Assembly: GCA_025355855.1 (NCBI GenBank)
Contig: JANXYU010000003.1
Span: forward strand, 88,713 to 152,712
DNA length: 64,000 nucleotides
Direction: 5' to 3'
DNA from: Actinomycetota bacterium
GTDB taxonomy: Bacteria > Actinomycetota > JAHEXW01
The position numbers and the translations under genes were made by a program. The notes beneath the pieces are model-generated. The model did no database searches. It was not told where the DNA came from and saw nothing but the letters and a program-made list of their open reading frames with translations. Below, piece after piece: positions 48,073-57,093 of this stretch; position 1 is the stretch's first letter, and each line of letters starts with the position of its first letter.

Positions 48073-48735
48073 CTATTTACTTTCTAGCCTTCTGGGTCCG
48101 CCGTGCCAAGATGGACGCCAGTCGCGCGCCGTTGTGACCTCGTCCCATGTCGCACCCAATTTAAGTTCGTTCAGTTTGTCGAAGATCAGTTGCCAGCCGC
48201 AACCGATGTCCGGCGAGACCTCGCATTTGCCGTTGACCGACCCGCCGCAGGGGCCGTTCAACATCGACTTGGAGCAGCGGACAATGGGGCAGATACCGCC
48301 GGTCTCTCCCAGAATGCAATCGCCGCAGGCGCCGCAATATTCGATGAACAGCCGGTCGGGTGAGTGGCTCCCGAGCATCATCGTGTTGACGCCGGGCAGA
48401 ACCCGTTTGCCCGGAAACTCGGCCGCTAGGGTCTGGACCCCGACCCCGCACGACAGAGAGAGCACGGCATCCGCCGCCTTGACCGCGTCGGCCATCTCTC
48501 GCGTATACTCCGGCTCGCATTGACGCAGCGGCGTGAGCTGGGTAATTTCTAGAGTCCAGCCGTCTGATGTGGCTTTCAGTTCCAAGGCCGCCGTCAGTTC
48601 GGCGACTTCCTTCTCGCCACCGGCGAAGGAGATGGTGACACAGGTGCCGCAGCCGCCGAGCAATAATTTCTTGACGTCATTGGCGACGATCATGGCATAT
48701 ATTTCGTCTATCGGTTTGCGTTGTCCGACGATCAT
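48073..48735 (-). CDS. metV: MetV (Cys-rich MTHFR-associated small subunit)
   Basis: 220 aa with clustered Cys (CGTC, CGVGV, CGACGDCILGETGGICPIVRC...CGGSVNGKC); directly upstream of metF in the direction of transcription. Confidence 0.7.
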   Translation of the reverse strand: MIVGQRKPIDEIYAMIVANDVKKLLLGGCGTCVTISFAGGEKEVAELTAALELKATSDGWTLEITQLTPLRQCEPEYTREMADAVKAADAVLSLSCGVGVQTLAAEFPGKRVLPGVNTMMLGSHSPDRLFIEYCGACGDCILGETGGICPIVRCSKSMLNGPCGGSVNGKCEVSPDIGCGWQLIFDKLNELKLGATWDEVTTARDWRPSWHGGPRRLESK

Positions 48736-48742
48736 TTGCGCT

Positions 48743-50665
48743 TCACTCCTTGATGGCGATCATGGCCGGTTCGAGACCCAGTTCGGTAAGTGTGGCTTGG
48801 ACGGATGCGACGCGGGCGATCGTCCGGTCGCGGGCAGTGCCGAAGAAACAACCTTCCTCGGGACACAGCGACACGTTCACCTTAGCCGCGCCGGCCCGCA
48901 GTGCTTCCAGCATCAATAGTTCGCTGACCTGACCGATACACATCGCGGGGACAATCGTGTGACCTTGCGGGAGCTCGTCAGCATCGTTATAAAGACGGTT
49001 CATGCAGTAGAAATCGACCTGTTTCGCGGCCGCCGCGGCGGCAACGGCCTCGTCAAGCAGACGTTCCTCTTGACCGCGCCGGAGTGTAATGGCGCCGGCC
49101 GGACATTCGGTGGCGCACAGACCGCACGCCTGGCATTCCGCTGTATCAATGACAGCGACATTGTCGGCGCCGATCTTCGGAATCTCAAAAGGACAGACGC
49201 GCACGCACGTTAAACAGGCAATACATTTTTCCGGGTCAACTACCGCGCCGGACAGGCAAGCCATGCAGCGCAAACCCTCACGCGCCGCCTCGACCTCTGT
49301 TAAACCCGGCTCGAACAGCTCGAAGTCCCGGACGCGATCGGCGGACGGGCGCGTCATGCCGGTGCGGCGCTGGCGGGCCGGCACGAGCGGACGCATCCGC
49401 TCGGGCAAGTCGGCTAACACGGCCGGCTCGTAAACGGCAGCCGGTTTGCCGGTTAGAAACGCGGCGACGGCCGCGGCGACAACATGGCCGTTCTGTACCG
49501 CACCGATGGCGCTCCCTGGCCCGGTCGCGAACTCCCCTGCCATGAAGACATCCCGCGGTTGTTCTTTCGTTATGTCAACTTCAGCGCTACGTAGCGCTGA
49601 AGTGTCCCGGCCTTGGCCGATAGAGACAATAACGGTCTCACCGGCTACTGTCAAGAATTTGTCGGGGACGAATTGCGGGTCGAAACGGCCTTCTTCGTTG
49701 AATACGCGTGACACGGCCTGACAGGTAAGACCCTCGACCGAGGCGCCGGAGCTGACTAGTTTTGATGGACCGAGGCAGCAGTTCAGGTTGACACCTTCGG
49801 CGGCCGCCTCTTCGATCTCCCAATCATGCGCTGGCATTTTATCGCGCGACTCCAGGCAAACCAGGTTTACCTCCTTGGCGCCCAACCGGACAGCGGTCCG
49901 GGCAACGTCAATGGCAACGTTGCCGCCGCCGACCACGATGACCCTACTTTTGAGCGCCGGCGGATTCCCCGCCTTGACGGCTTTCAAAAACGGGATCGCG
50001 GTGTAGACGTTATCGCCTTCTGTCGGGAAAACGGGCAGGCTGCGGGAAAAAGGCAAGCCGGTCGCGATAATGACTCCGTCATTATCGGCTCTTAATTCGT
50101 CGATACTAAAATCTTTGCCAAGCTCTTGACCATATTTGATTTTAACCCCGGTCGCAGCGACTTCATTGATATCACAGTCAAGTGCCGTGTCTGGGAGGCG
50201 ATAGTTTGGGATGGTAAGGCGAAGCATACCGCCGGCTTTGGGCTCGCGTTCGAAAACGGTGACCTTGTGGCCGGCCGCGACCAGGTCTTGGGCGGCGGTA
50301 AGGCCCGCGGGCCCGGCCCCGATGATCGCGATACGTTTGGCCTCTCCACCCAGATTCCTTCTTTGCATGTGGAACTGTCCGTTCGACGCTGACTCAGGAT
50401 CTGGCCCGCAGGCTTCGCCGAATGCCGCTGCGGCTCGTTTAAGTTCCATGATGGAGATCGGCTGGTCGACTGAGGCGCGGCGGCAGTTCTGCTCGCACGG
50501 GCGGAAGCAGATATAGCCGCAGCTATTGGAGAATGGATTGGTCAGGCGCGCGACGTCGTAGGCTTCGGTGAAACGGCCGAGCGCCGTCAGGGCCACGTAG
50601 CCCTGAACGTCGGTAAATGCCGGACAAGCCGCCTGACACGGCGGCACAAAATCACGCATAAACAC
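48743..50665 (-). CDS. GltD/NfnB-like FAD-NAD(P) flavoprotein fused to a 2x[4Fe-4S] ferredoxin and an MvhD/FlpD-like domain (MetFV-associated electron-transfer subunit)
   Basis: N-terminal FVPPCQAACPAFTDVQGY...CGYICFRPCEQNC, Rossmann motifs IAIIGAGPAGL and VIVVGGGNVAID, then CIACLTCVRVCPF/CQACGLCATECP and a Cys-rich tail. Confidence 0.6.
   Translation of the reverse strand: MFMRDFVPPCQAACPAFTDVQGYVALTALGRFTEAYDVARLTNPFSNSCGYICFRPCEQNCRRASVDQPISIMELKRAAAAFGEACGPDPESASNGQFHMQRRNLGGEAKRIAIIGAGPAGLTAAQDLVAAGHKVTVFEREPKAGGMLRLTIPNYRLPDTALDCDINEVAATGVKIKYGQELGKDFSIDELRADNDGVIIATGLPFSRSLPVFPTEGDNVYTAIPFLKAVKAGNPPALKSRVIVVGGGNVAIDVARTAVRLGAKEVNLVCLESRDKMPAHDWEIEEAAAEGVNLNCCLGPSKLVSSGASVEGLTCQAVSRVFNEEGRFDPQFVPDKFLTVAGETVIVSIGQGRDTSALRSAEVDITKEQPRDVFMAGEFATGPGSAIGAVQNGHVVAAAVAAFLTGKPAAVYEPAVLADLPERMRPLVPARQRRTGMTRPSADRVRDFELFEPGLTEVEAAREGLRCMACLSGAVVDPEKCIACLTCVRVCPFEIPKIGADNVAVIDTAECQACGLCATECPAGAITLRRGQEERLLDEAVAAAAAAKQVDFYCMNRLYNDADELPQGHTIVPAMCIGQVSELLMLEALRAGAAKVNVSLCPEEGCFFGTARDRTIARVASVQATLTELGLEPAMIAIKE
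49578..49601. repeat. perfect 24-bp palindrome CTTCAGCGCTACGTAGCGCTGAAG embedded in-frame in the 48743..50665 CDS (encodes TSALRSAE)
   Basis: Identical to the intergenic palindrome at 10717..10740. Confidence 0.85.
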
Positions 50666-50676
50666 TCCGTATATTT

Positions 50677-50715
50677 GCTCCCCGCTAGGGGAGTCAAGTT
50701 CATGACAGGACCCGC
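50677..50715. repeat. partial copy C of the TIR element (CTCCCCGCTAGGGGAG hairpin + GACAGGACCCGCC) in the acsC/flavoprotein intergenic spacer
   Basis: Read directly. Confidence 0.55.
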
Positions 50716-50727
50716 CAGACTATCTTC

Positions 50728-52077
50728 CTACGACGCCCAGGTTTTTAGGAACGGTGGGATGTCGGCTGCTTCGCGCGGCCCGACCTCTACATTCCAGCCT
50801 TCCAGTTCGTCTTCCAGCTCGCCGCTCATCGTGGCCAAATAGCCCGGGATGACCAGCTTGCGATGCTTAACCTGCTCTTCGATGCCGACGCCCTTGATAA
50901 ACGGGACAATCTTTTCAGGCACGAACTTGCCGGCCGCCCAGCTGGTCATGACAGACAAGCCTTCCGTGTCCATGACGCACAGCCAGGCCGGGACGCGGCT
51001 GGCCTCGACCTCGCCCGACACGATGAAATAGGTCAGGCTGAAATTGGAGGTGATAAGCACCGGCGAATCCGCCGTCGGGTTGCCGATCGGGTATATGCCC
51101 GGCTTAACCTGCATCGGCCGCTGGGGATCGGTGTAAATATTCTGCCGCAGCACGTACAGCGGCAGGGCGCGCGCGGCGTCCAAATCGCTCAGCATGATAA
51201 CGCTACCGTACTTGCCGACATAAAGTCCGGCGTAGACGGCTTCCATCATTTTGTCGTCCGTTTCCTCATTCGGGAAGACAATAATCGGGAAACCGAGTTC
51301 TTTGACCTTTTTGTTCAGCGCAGCGCGGCGGATGTAGACCAGCCGTTCTAGAGTATCCTTGGGGTTACGCGTACCGGGATCCAGAACAATGTCCTTAACG
51401 CCGGCGGCCATGATCTTTTTGACCAGGTCGACCAACGCGTCCAAGTCGCCGGTGCCGCAAACAGCGAGCGGCGCCTTGTGGGCCAGTGCGAGGGCCGCCA
51501 TCGCTTCGTAGTTAGCCGCGGTCGCCGCGTAAATCAGCGGCGCGGTCTCGCCAGCCGCCTTCAGGCCCGCTTCCATTTCCGCTGGGTCGCCGCACATTAA
51601 GACCATAGGCTGCGTTGTCGCCGCTTTGACTTTTTCAATTAGCGCGACAAATTTCGCGGTGTCGCCGGATAAAGATTTCACGCCGACCAAGCCGGCTTTC
51701 AAGTCTTGTTCGACCCGGACGAACCGGCTTTCGTTAGTCTGTTTGAGCAGCCCGTCGACGGTCGCCGCGTCCATGCCGTCATCGATGACAGCCGCGAAGA
51801 CGCACGGGTTGAAGAATGTCTTCTCGTGACGGTAGAGCACCAGCTCCCCGCCGACCTTGACCGCGTCATCGCCCACGCCGATGGTGACGGCGCGAATCGG
51901 CGGCGCGGACGCCTCGCTCAAAGCCGAGGCCGCGTCCTCCGACAAATGCGGACAACCAGCCAGTTCCGCTTGGCCGGCCGCGATCTTCATCGCGAAAGCC
52001 AGGCAGGTCGGTACGCCGCAGTCCCCGCAGTTGGTCTTGGGCAGTTGTTTGAAAATATCTATTCCGGTTAAAGCCAT
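50728..52077 (-). CDS. acsC: corrinoid iron-sulfur protein large subunit (CFeSP gamma)
   Basis: MALTGIDIFKQLPKTNCGDCGVPTCLAFAMKIA; 449 aa. Confidence 0.9.
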   Translation of the reverse strand: MALTGIDIFKQLPKTNCGDCGVPTCLAFAMKIAAGQAELAGCPHLSEDAASALSEASAPPIRAVTIGVGDDAVKVGGELVLYRHEKTFFNPCVFAAVIDDGMDAATVDGLLKQTNESRFVRVEQDLKAGLVGVKSLSGDTAKFVALIEKVKAATTQPMVLMCGDPAEMEAGLKAAGETAPLIYAATAANYEAMAALALAHKAPLAVCGTGDLDALVDLVKKIMAAGVKDIVLDPGTRNPKDTLERLVYIRRAALNKKVKELGFPIIVFPNEETDDKMMEAVYAGLYVGKYGSVIMLSDLDAARALPLYVLRQNIYTDPQRPMQVKPGIYPIGNPTADSPVLITSNFSLTYFIVSGEVEASRVPAWLCVMDTEGLSVMTSWAAGKFVPEKIVPFIKGVGIEEQVKHRKLVIPGYLATMSGELEDELEGWNVEVGPREAADIPPFLKTWAS

Positions 52078-52165
52078 TTATAAACCCCTTTCGTTAGGCA
52101 TGAGCCATGAGGCAAGAGGCATGAGTTCTTCATCCTCCGACTCGCGCCTCGTTCCTCGTGCGTTC

Positions 52166-54358
52166 TTAGCCAAGTAGTGAATCCATTTCGAGCGCCGGGT
52201 GACCGACCTTGGCCATATACTCCATGACCTCTTCTTCGGTCGTCCCGATTGTCTCATCGGCGATCATGTCGACAAAGTCCGGCAGGCCGAGCGCTTCGCT
52301 ACGCTTCTTAAGCTGGCCGGCCAATGCTTCCTTTAGTTCCTTGGGCATCCAGACGATGCGCTTGAAACCACCTTCGGCGGCGATGAATTTCCCGCTCGTA
52401 ATGTACTGCCGACCCACTCCCAAAAATCCGGGAGTCTGCGCGCCGCCGCCGACCGAGCCGGCCAGGCTGGAGAACTTCATGCCCACCGGGGTCTCGCCGG
52501 TATGCTCGCGGTTAACCACCATGACGCCGTTGGCGATGGGCAGAATGGCCACGACACACTCGAAGCAACCGCAGCTGGTCTCGGGATCCTCCATTATGGA
52601 GTAGGCGTTGACCTGCTGGACACTGTTGTTTGATTTAGCCCGCACTAGTTCGTTGACGCCGACCCACTGACCGCGGCGTTCGTCGATGGTCTCGCCCTTG
52701 ATGATCGGCTGGTTGGCGCCGGTCGGATTGATCTCGTGCGCCGCCTTCGCGTCTAACCAGTTATACGCGCCGCACAAACCCAGCCGCTCCGGCGAAATCA
52801 CGCAGACATGGTTCGGCGCGAAGCTCTGGCAGAGCGTGCAGGAATAGAAGGTGTCAACGCTCTCGTCGATTAAGCCGGCGACCCGTTCGTCACGTGCGAT
52901 AAAAGCCGCGCGCGCTTCCTCCAGGACTTCCTTCATCTTGTCAGCGTCGGTATAGAGCTTGATTTGGATCTTGTCGACGATGGCCGGGAAGTCGTCCATT
53001 AGCTTGGCCTTTAGAATCTCTCCGAAGTGCTCGATTTTGAAGCCCTTTTCATGGGCGCTTTTGCTGATGCGCATCCAGTTCATATCGCGCTGGCCCATAT
53101 GCCAGATGCCTTCGGCGCCGTTGACTAGGTGGTGCAGCTGGCGCTCCAGAACAGGCTCAAAGTCGGACTGCATCTTCCGTCCGGCGACCTCGATCAATAT
53201 ACCCAACGGGTAGGCCTTGCCCTCTTCCATCTGGTCGATCTCCGGCCCGATAACCTCGATCTTTCCATTGTCGATATCGTCCATATCGCGCATGCGCAAA
53301 TACTCAAACGCAGGCGACTTCTGTCCGCCGAACTCGACAAACATGGCTTCCTTGCGGATGCGTTCACCCTCGAAGGCGGAGCCGAACGACACCGGGATCG
53401 GGATTTTGGTGATTTTAATCTTTATGCCGCGCACCTCGACCGCCGTGTCGACGATCTTGTCCAGCGGCACATTAGACACAACGTGTTCATAGGTCGTGAT
53501 ACCGGTCGGCAGAATCTGCGGGATATCGGTGTTGGCGATGACCGGGAAGCCGAAGTTGATGGCGCCCGCGGCTGTGGCATATTTCTCATCGTCTACGTCG
53601 CCCAAGGCGATGACGAAAGCAAACACACGATTTTTGTTGTACATTAGGATCTCGCGAGCTTCCTTCATTCCGCCCGGAGTAATACCGCCGAAGGTCATAG
53701 CGGCTCGCGCGGCGACGCCCAGCGCGTATACCGCCGCCGAGATGTCCCTGCCGAACGGCACTAAATAGACGTCCCAGCCCATCTCGACGCCGGCTTCGTT
53801 TAACTGGTCGGCCATGGTTTTACCGTCCGTCTCGCCCGCCATGAACAGCAAAATGTTGCGTTCGCGCAGTTCGGTCGCTAGTTTTACAGCTTCCTCAGTG
53901 GTCGGCGCGGCGCCGACAACGGCGGCGAAACCCGGCATGGACCCGTCAACGAGCTTGATGCCTTGGGTCCGGACAATAACGTCGTCGGTCGCGCCCAGCC
54001 AGATACCTTCAACGGGGTTGGGTCCCATGACGTATTTCATGGCTTCGATGATTTCCTCGCTCAACAGCGCCGCGATACCTGAGTCCAGCGTGTTGCCCAG
54101 ATAAGGCAGCCAAGCGTCCTCAGCCGGGATGTCCGGCAACATCGATTTGGCTTTTGCCAGGACCGGCTGGATGTCACCCAACGTTTTAACCTTGATGGCC
54201 AGCAGCGCATAGGCGACCGGCAGATAATAAGCGGTGTCCGGAAAAGATACAGGTTGGTCCGCGCCTTTGGCTGCCAGCGCCGCGTTGTAGGCGGCTTCCG
54301 CTTTGTTATAGAGAGAGTGCGCCCCGCGGATAGCGGACGAGGCAATCAGTTTTGACAT
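52166..54358 (-). CDS. acsB: acetyl-CoA synthase (A-cluster subunit)
   Basis: 730 aa; SCTLCQSFAPNHVCVISPERLGLCGAYNWLD and CGCFEC Ni-Ni-FeS ligand motifs. Confidence 0.9.
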   Translation of the reverse strand: MSKLIASSAIRGAHSLYNKAEAAYNAALAAKGADQPVSFPDTAYYLPVAYALLAIKVKTLGDIQPVLAKAKSMLPDIPAEDAWLPYLGNTLDSGIAALLSEEIIEAMKYVMGPNPVEGIWLGATDDVIVRTQGIKLVDGSMPGFAAVVGAAPTTEEAVKLATELRERNILLFMAGETDGKTMADQLNEAGVEMGWDVYLVPFGRDISAAVYALGVAARAAMTFGGITPGGMKEAREILMYNKNRVFAFVIALGDVDDEKYATAAGAINFGFPVIANTDIPQILPTGITTYEHVVSNVPLDKIVDTAVEVRGIKIKITKIPIPVSFGSAFEGERIRKEAMFVEFGGQKSPAFEYLRMRDMDDIDNGKIEVIGPEIDQMEEGKAYPLGILIEVAGRKMQSDFEPVLERQLHHLVNGAEGIWHMGQRDMNWMRISKSAHEKGFKIEHFGEILKAKLMDDFPAIVDKIQIKLYTDADKMKEVLEEARAAFIARDERVAGLIDESVDTFYSCTLCQSFAPNHVCVISPERLGLCGAYNWLDAKAAHEINPTGANQPIIKGETIDERRGQWVGVNELVRAKSNNSVQQVNAYSIMEDPETSCGCFECVVAILPIANGVMVVNREHTGETPVGMKFSSLAGSVGGGAQTPGFLGVGRQYITSGKFIAAEGGFKRIVWMPKELKEALAGQLKKRSEALGLPDFVDMIADETIGTTEEEVMEYMAKVGHPALEMDSLLG

Positions 54359-54403
54359 CTAAAATCCTCCTTGGTTGGCCGCGGTCAGCGCCGCGGCGAA
54401 CTG

Positions 54404-55348
54404 TTAGTTTGTAGCGCCGGTTAGGGCGGCGACAAATTGCCGCGTCAGCTCGACCGCTTTCGGGTGCCGCATGACCAGGATGTTGGAGCCGGCCATGATC
54501 AGCGCGGTCGCCGTCAGTGCCTCCCATAAAACACCCCTGGTCTCCGCGTCGCCCCACGCGGGTTCGTCGGCTTCCGACGTTTTGACTTCTTTGGCTTTCC
54601 AAACCTCGCGACCGATCTGGTTGATCATCGGCATCTGGGTCATTGAATCATTCTGGGTCATGGCCGCCAAACGCAGCCGCTCCATGACGGAGTAGCAATA
54701 TTCCAGCCCGTAGCCCAGAGCGCCCGTCGTGGGATCGATGATGACCCGTTCGGGGGCCAGACCGAGCTGGGTGATCAGGATGTTCAGCTGTTTGGCGATA
54801 TTGACGTCGATGGGGGAATGGGGCGCCGCCAGGTGGTCGAAACCGAGCGCGGCGGCGGCCACAGTTTTGTAGTTTTCCTCCTCGACCGGACCGATCAAAG
54901 CGCGTTTGCCCTGACAAGCCTCGGCCGCCTTGGGCATCACTTCGGCGTCTTTGTCCGCGTTAGCGGTGCCGTAGACGATCAACGGAATCTTGATGGCGTC
55001 TGCCACGGCTTTCACAATCGGCGCGATGTCCGCCCCGTTGCGGTCGCCGGTCGACGGATTTGTCGAAGCCAGGTTAAGACATATCATGTCCGCCTTGTAT
55101 TCGTCCTGGCACTTCAACGCCCACTTGACTGGGTCGTCCAGGACGTCGGCGTAAGGGGCGATCGCGGCCTCCGGCCAGTCTTCCGGTTTGGTGTCGTAGA
55201 CTTCCAACGCGATGACTGGTTTGTTGGGAGCCGCGCCCTCGAACATGTACAACGGCAAAGAGGTTTCGCCGCCCACCGTTACGGCCGTGTCTCCCAGACC
55301 GATCGTCGCTTCACGTATCTTGCCGTTATATGTTTCCTTTACTTCCAT
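54404..55348 (-). CDS. acsD: corrinoid iron-sulfur protein small subunit (CFeSP delta)
   Basis: 314-aa TIM barrel partner of AcsC; MEVKETYNGKIREATIGLGD... Confidence 0.85.
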   Translation of the reverse strand: MEVKETYNGKIREATIGLGDTAVTVGGETSLPLYMFEGAAPNKPVIALEVYDTKPEDWPEAAIAPYADVLDDPVKWALKCQDEYKADMICLNLASTNPSTGDRNGADIAPIVKAVADAIKIPLIVYGTANADKDAEVMPKAAEACQGKRALIGPVEEENYKTVAAAALGFDHLAAPHSPIDVNIAKQLNILITQLGLAPERVIIDPTTGALGYGLEYCYSVMERLRLAAMTQNDSMTQMPMINQIGREVWKAKEVKTSEADEPAWGDAETRGVLWEALTATALIMAGSNILVMRHPKAVELTRQFVAALTGATN

Positions 55349-55471
55349 TAGACCCTCCCACTGCGAGCAATCAGCTCGCCTTGCGCGTTGCCTTCGTAGC
55401 TGCCGGTCTTTAGACCGGCAGTCGAGCGCCGACCTAAAGGTTGGCGCCTACATCTCTACACTCGTACGTGT

Positions 55472-56323
55472 CTAGCCCGCTGCTCTCTTTGCCGCCTCAA
55501 GAGTATTTACCATCAGCATGGCAATGGTCATGACCCCGACCCCGCCAGGCACAGGCGTGATGGCGCCGACCTTATCGAACACGCCGTCATAGTCGACGTC
55601 TCCGACAACCTTGCCTTCCTCGTTGCGGTTGATGCCGGCGTCCACGACAGCGGCGCCCGCTTTTACCATGTCTGCGGTAATCATTTTCGGCTGTCCGATG
55701 CCAACGACCAAAATGTCTGCCCTACCGGTATGAGCCGCCAGGTCCTTTGTCTTCGAGTGACAGATGGTAACGGTCGCGTTGTTCTGCAGGAGCAGGACCG
55801 CCGCCGGTTTACCGACAATGTTGCTGCGGCCAACGATAACGGCGTCCTTGCCGGCGATCTCCACGCCGCTGCGCTGCAACAGCACAATTATGCCGTGCGG
55901 TGTGCACGGCAGAAAACATTCCTTGCCGATCAACATATTGCCCACGTTGACGGGGGTAAAGCCATCGACATCCTTCTTAACCTCGATAGCGTCGATTACC
56001 TTGTCTTCATCGATGTGCTTGGGCAAAGGCAGCTGAACCAACAGACCGTGGATCTTCGGGTCGTCGTTCAATCGGTAAACCAGACTCAGCAGCTCTTCTT
56101 CTGAGACGTCCGCCGGTAATTCGTGTTTTTCCGAATAGATACCTGTCTCCGCGCAGGCCTTTTCCTTATTCCGGACATAGATGGTGCTGCCGGGATCCTC
56201 GCCGACGATGATAACGGCCAAGCCTGGCGTAATGCCGGACCCCGCCTTTAGCTGTTCAACGCCCGCGGCGACCTCGGCCTTTATTTCAGCCGAAATCTTC
56301 CTACCGTCAATTACTGTGGTCAT
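55472..56323 (-). CDS. folD: bifunctional methylene-THF dehydrogenase/methenyl-THF cyclohydrolase
   Basis: IIVGEDPGSTIYVRNKEKA, LPLPKHIDE, VVGRSNIVGKP. Confidence 0.9.
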   Translation of the reverse strand: MTTVIDGRKISAEIKAEVAAGVEQLKAGSGITPGLAVIIVGEDPGSTIYVRNKEKACAETGIYSEKHELPADVSEEELLSLVYRLNDDPKIHGLLVQLPLPKHIDEDKVIDAIEVKKDVDGFTPVNVGNMLIGKECFLPCTPHGIIVLLQRSGVEIAGKDAVIVGRSNIVGKPAAVLLLQNNATVTICHSKTKDLAAHTGRADILVVGIGQPKMITADMVKAGAAVVDAGINRNEEGKVVGDVDYDGVFDKVGAITPVPGGVGVMTIAMLMVNTLEAAKRAAG

Positions 56324-56331
56324 AAATCCTC

Positions 56332-57093
56332 CTATGTGATTCTTTCCAGTATTTCTGCTGCTGCCGCCATGGCCGGGGAGTCGGCCGGCAAATCTACAAA
56401 AGCGCCGCCCGCTATATCCACTGCCTCGACCCCGGCGTCATATGGTACGGTCCCGATAAGCTCCAGGCCTGTCCGCGCGACTGCGTCTTGGACGGCCGGG
56501 CTCAAACCCACAGCCCCCGCTGGCACCCGGCCGATCACCAGATACATCCGGCCGACGTTCATGTCCTCTTCCGAAGCCATCTCCGCGATGCGCCCAGCGG
56601 TCATCACGCCGCGCACCGTCGGGTCCGAACAAACTAACAGGATGTCGGCGCCCCGGCTCGTCCGGCGGGACAAGTGTTCCATTCCCGCCTCGTTGTCCAT
56701 GACGACAAACGGGTAGTTATCAGCCAGCACGTCAATATATTTACGCAGCACCGAATTGACGTAGCAATAGCAGCCGCTGCCTTCCGGCCGCCCCATAACC
56801 AGCAAATCGAAACCGTCGCCCTCGGTCACCGCTTCCTGGACCTTAAGTTCGAGGTATGTTTCTTTCGGCACGCCCGTCGGAATCTGATCGATGTTCTTCC
56901 GGGTAGTTTCCCGCAAGTCGCCGATCGTCGTCTCGGGCACGACGCCCAACGTTTCATGCAGTGTCGCGTTAGCGTCGGCGTCGATGGCCAGCACCGGCTT
57001 CTTCCCCGTCTTAAGCAAATTGGCAATCAATAGTCCGGCCAAGGTCGTCTTGCCCGTACCGCCTTTACCGCTGACGGCGATCTTAACCGTCAC
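56332..57093 (-). CDS. cooC: CODH/ACS nickel-insertion ATPase CooC
   Basis: VKIAVSGKGGTGKTTLAGL; CYC motif GCYCYVNS. Confidence 0.85.
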   Translation of the reverse strand: MTVKIAVSGKGGTGKTTLAGLLIANLLKTGKKPVLAIDADANATLHETLGVVPETTIGDLRETTRKNIDQIPTGVPKETYLELKVQEAVTEGDGFDLLVMGRPEGSGCYCYVNSVLRKYIDVLADNYPFVVMDNEAGMEHLSRRTSRGADILLVCSDPTVRGVMTAGRIAEMASEEDMNVGRMYLVIGRVPAGAVGLSPAVQDAVARTGLELIGTVPYDAGVEAVDIAGGAFVDLPADSPAMAAAAEILERIT

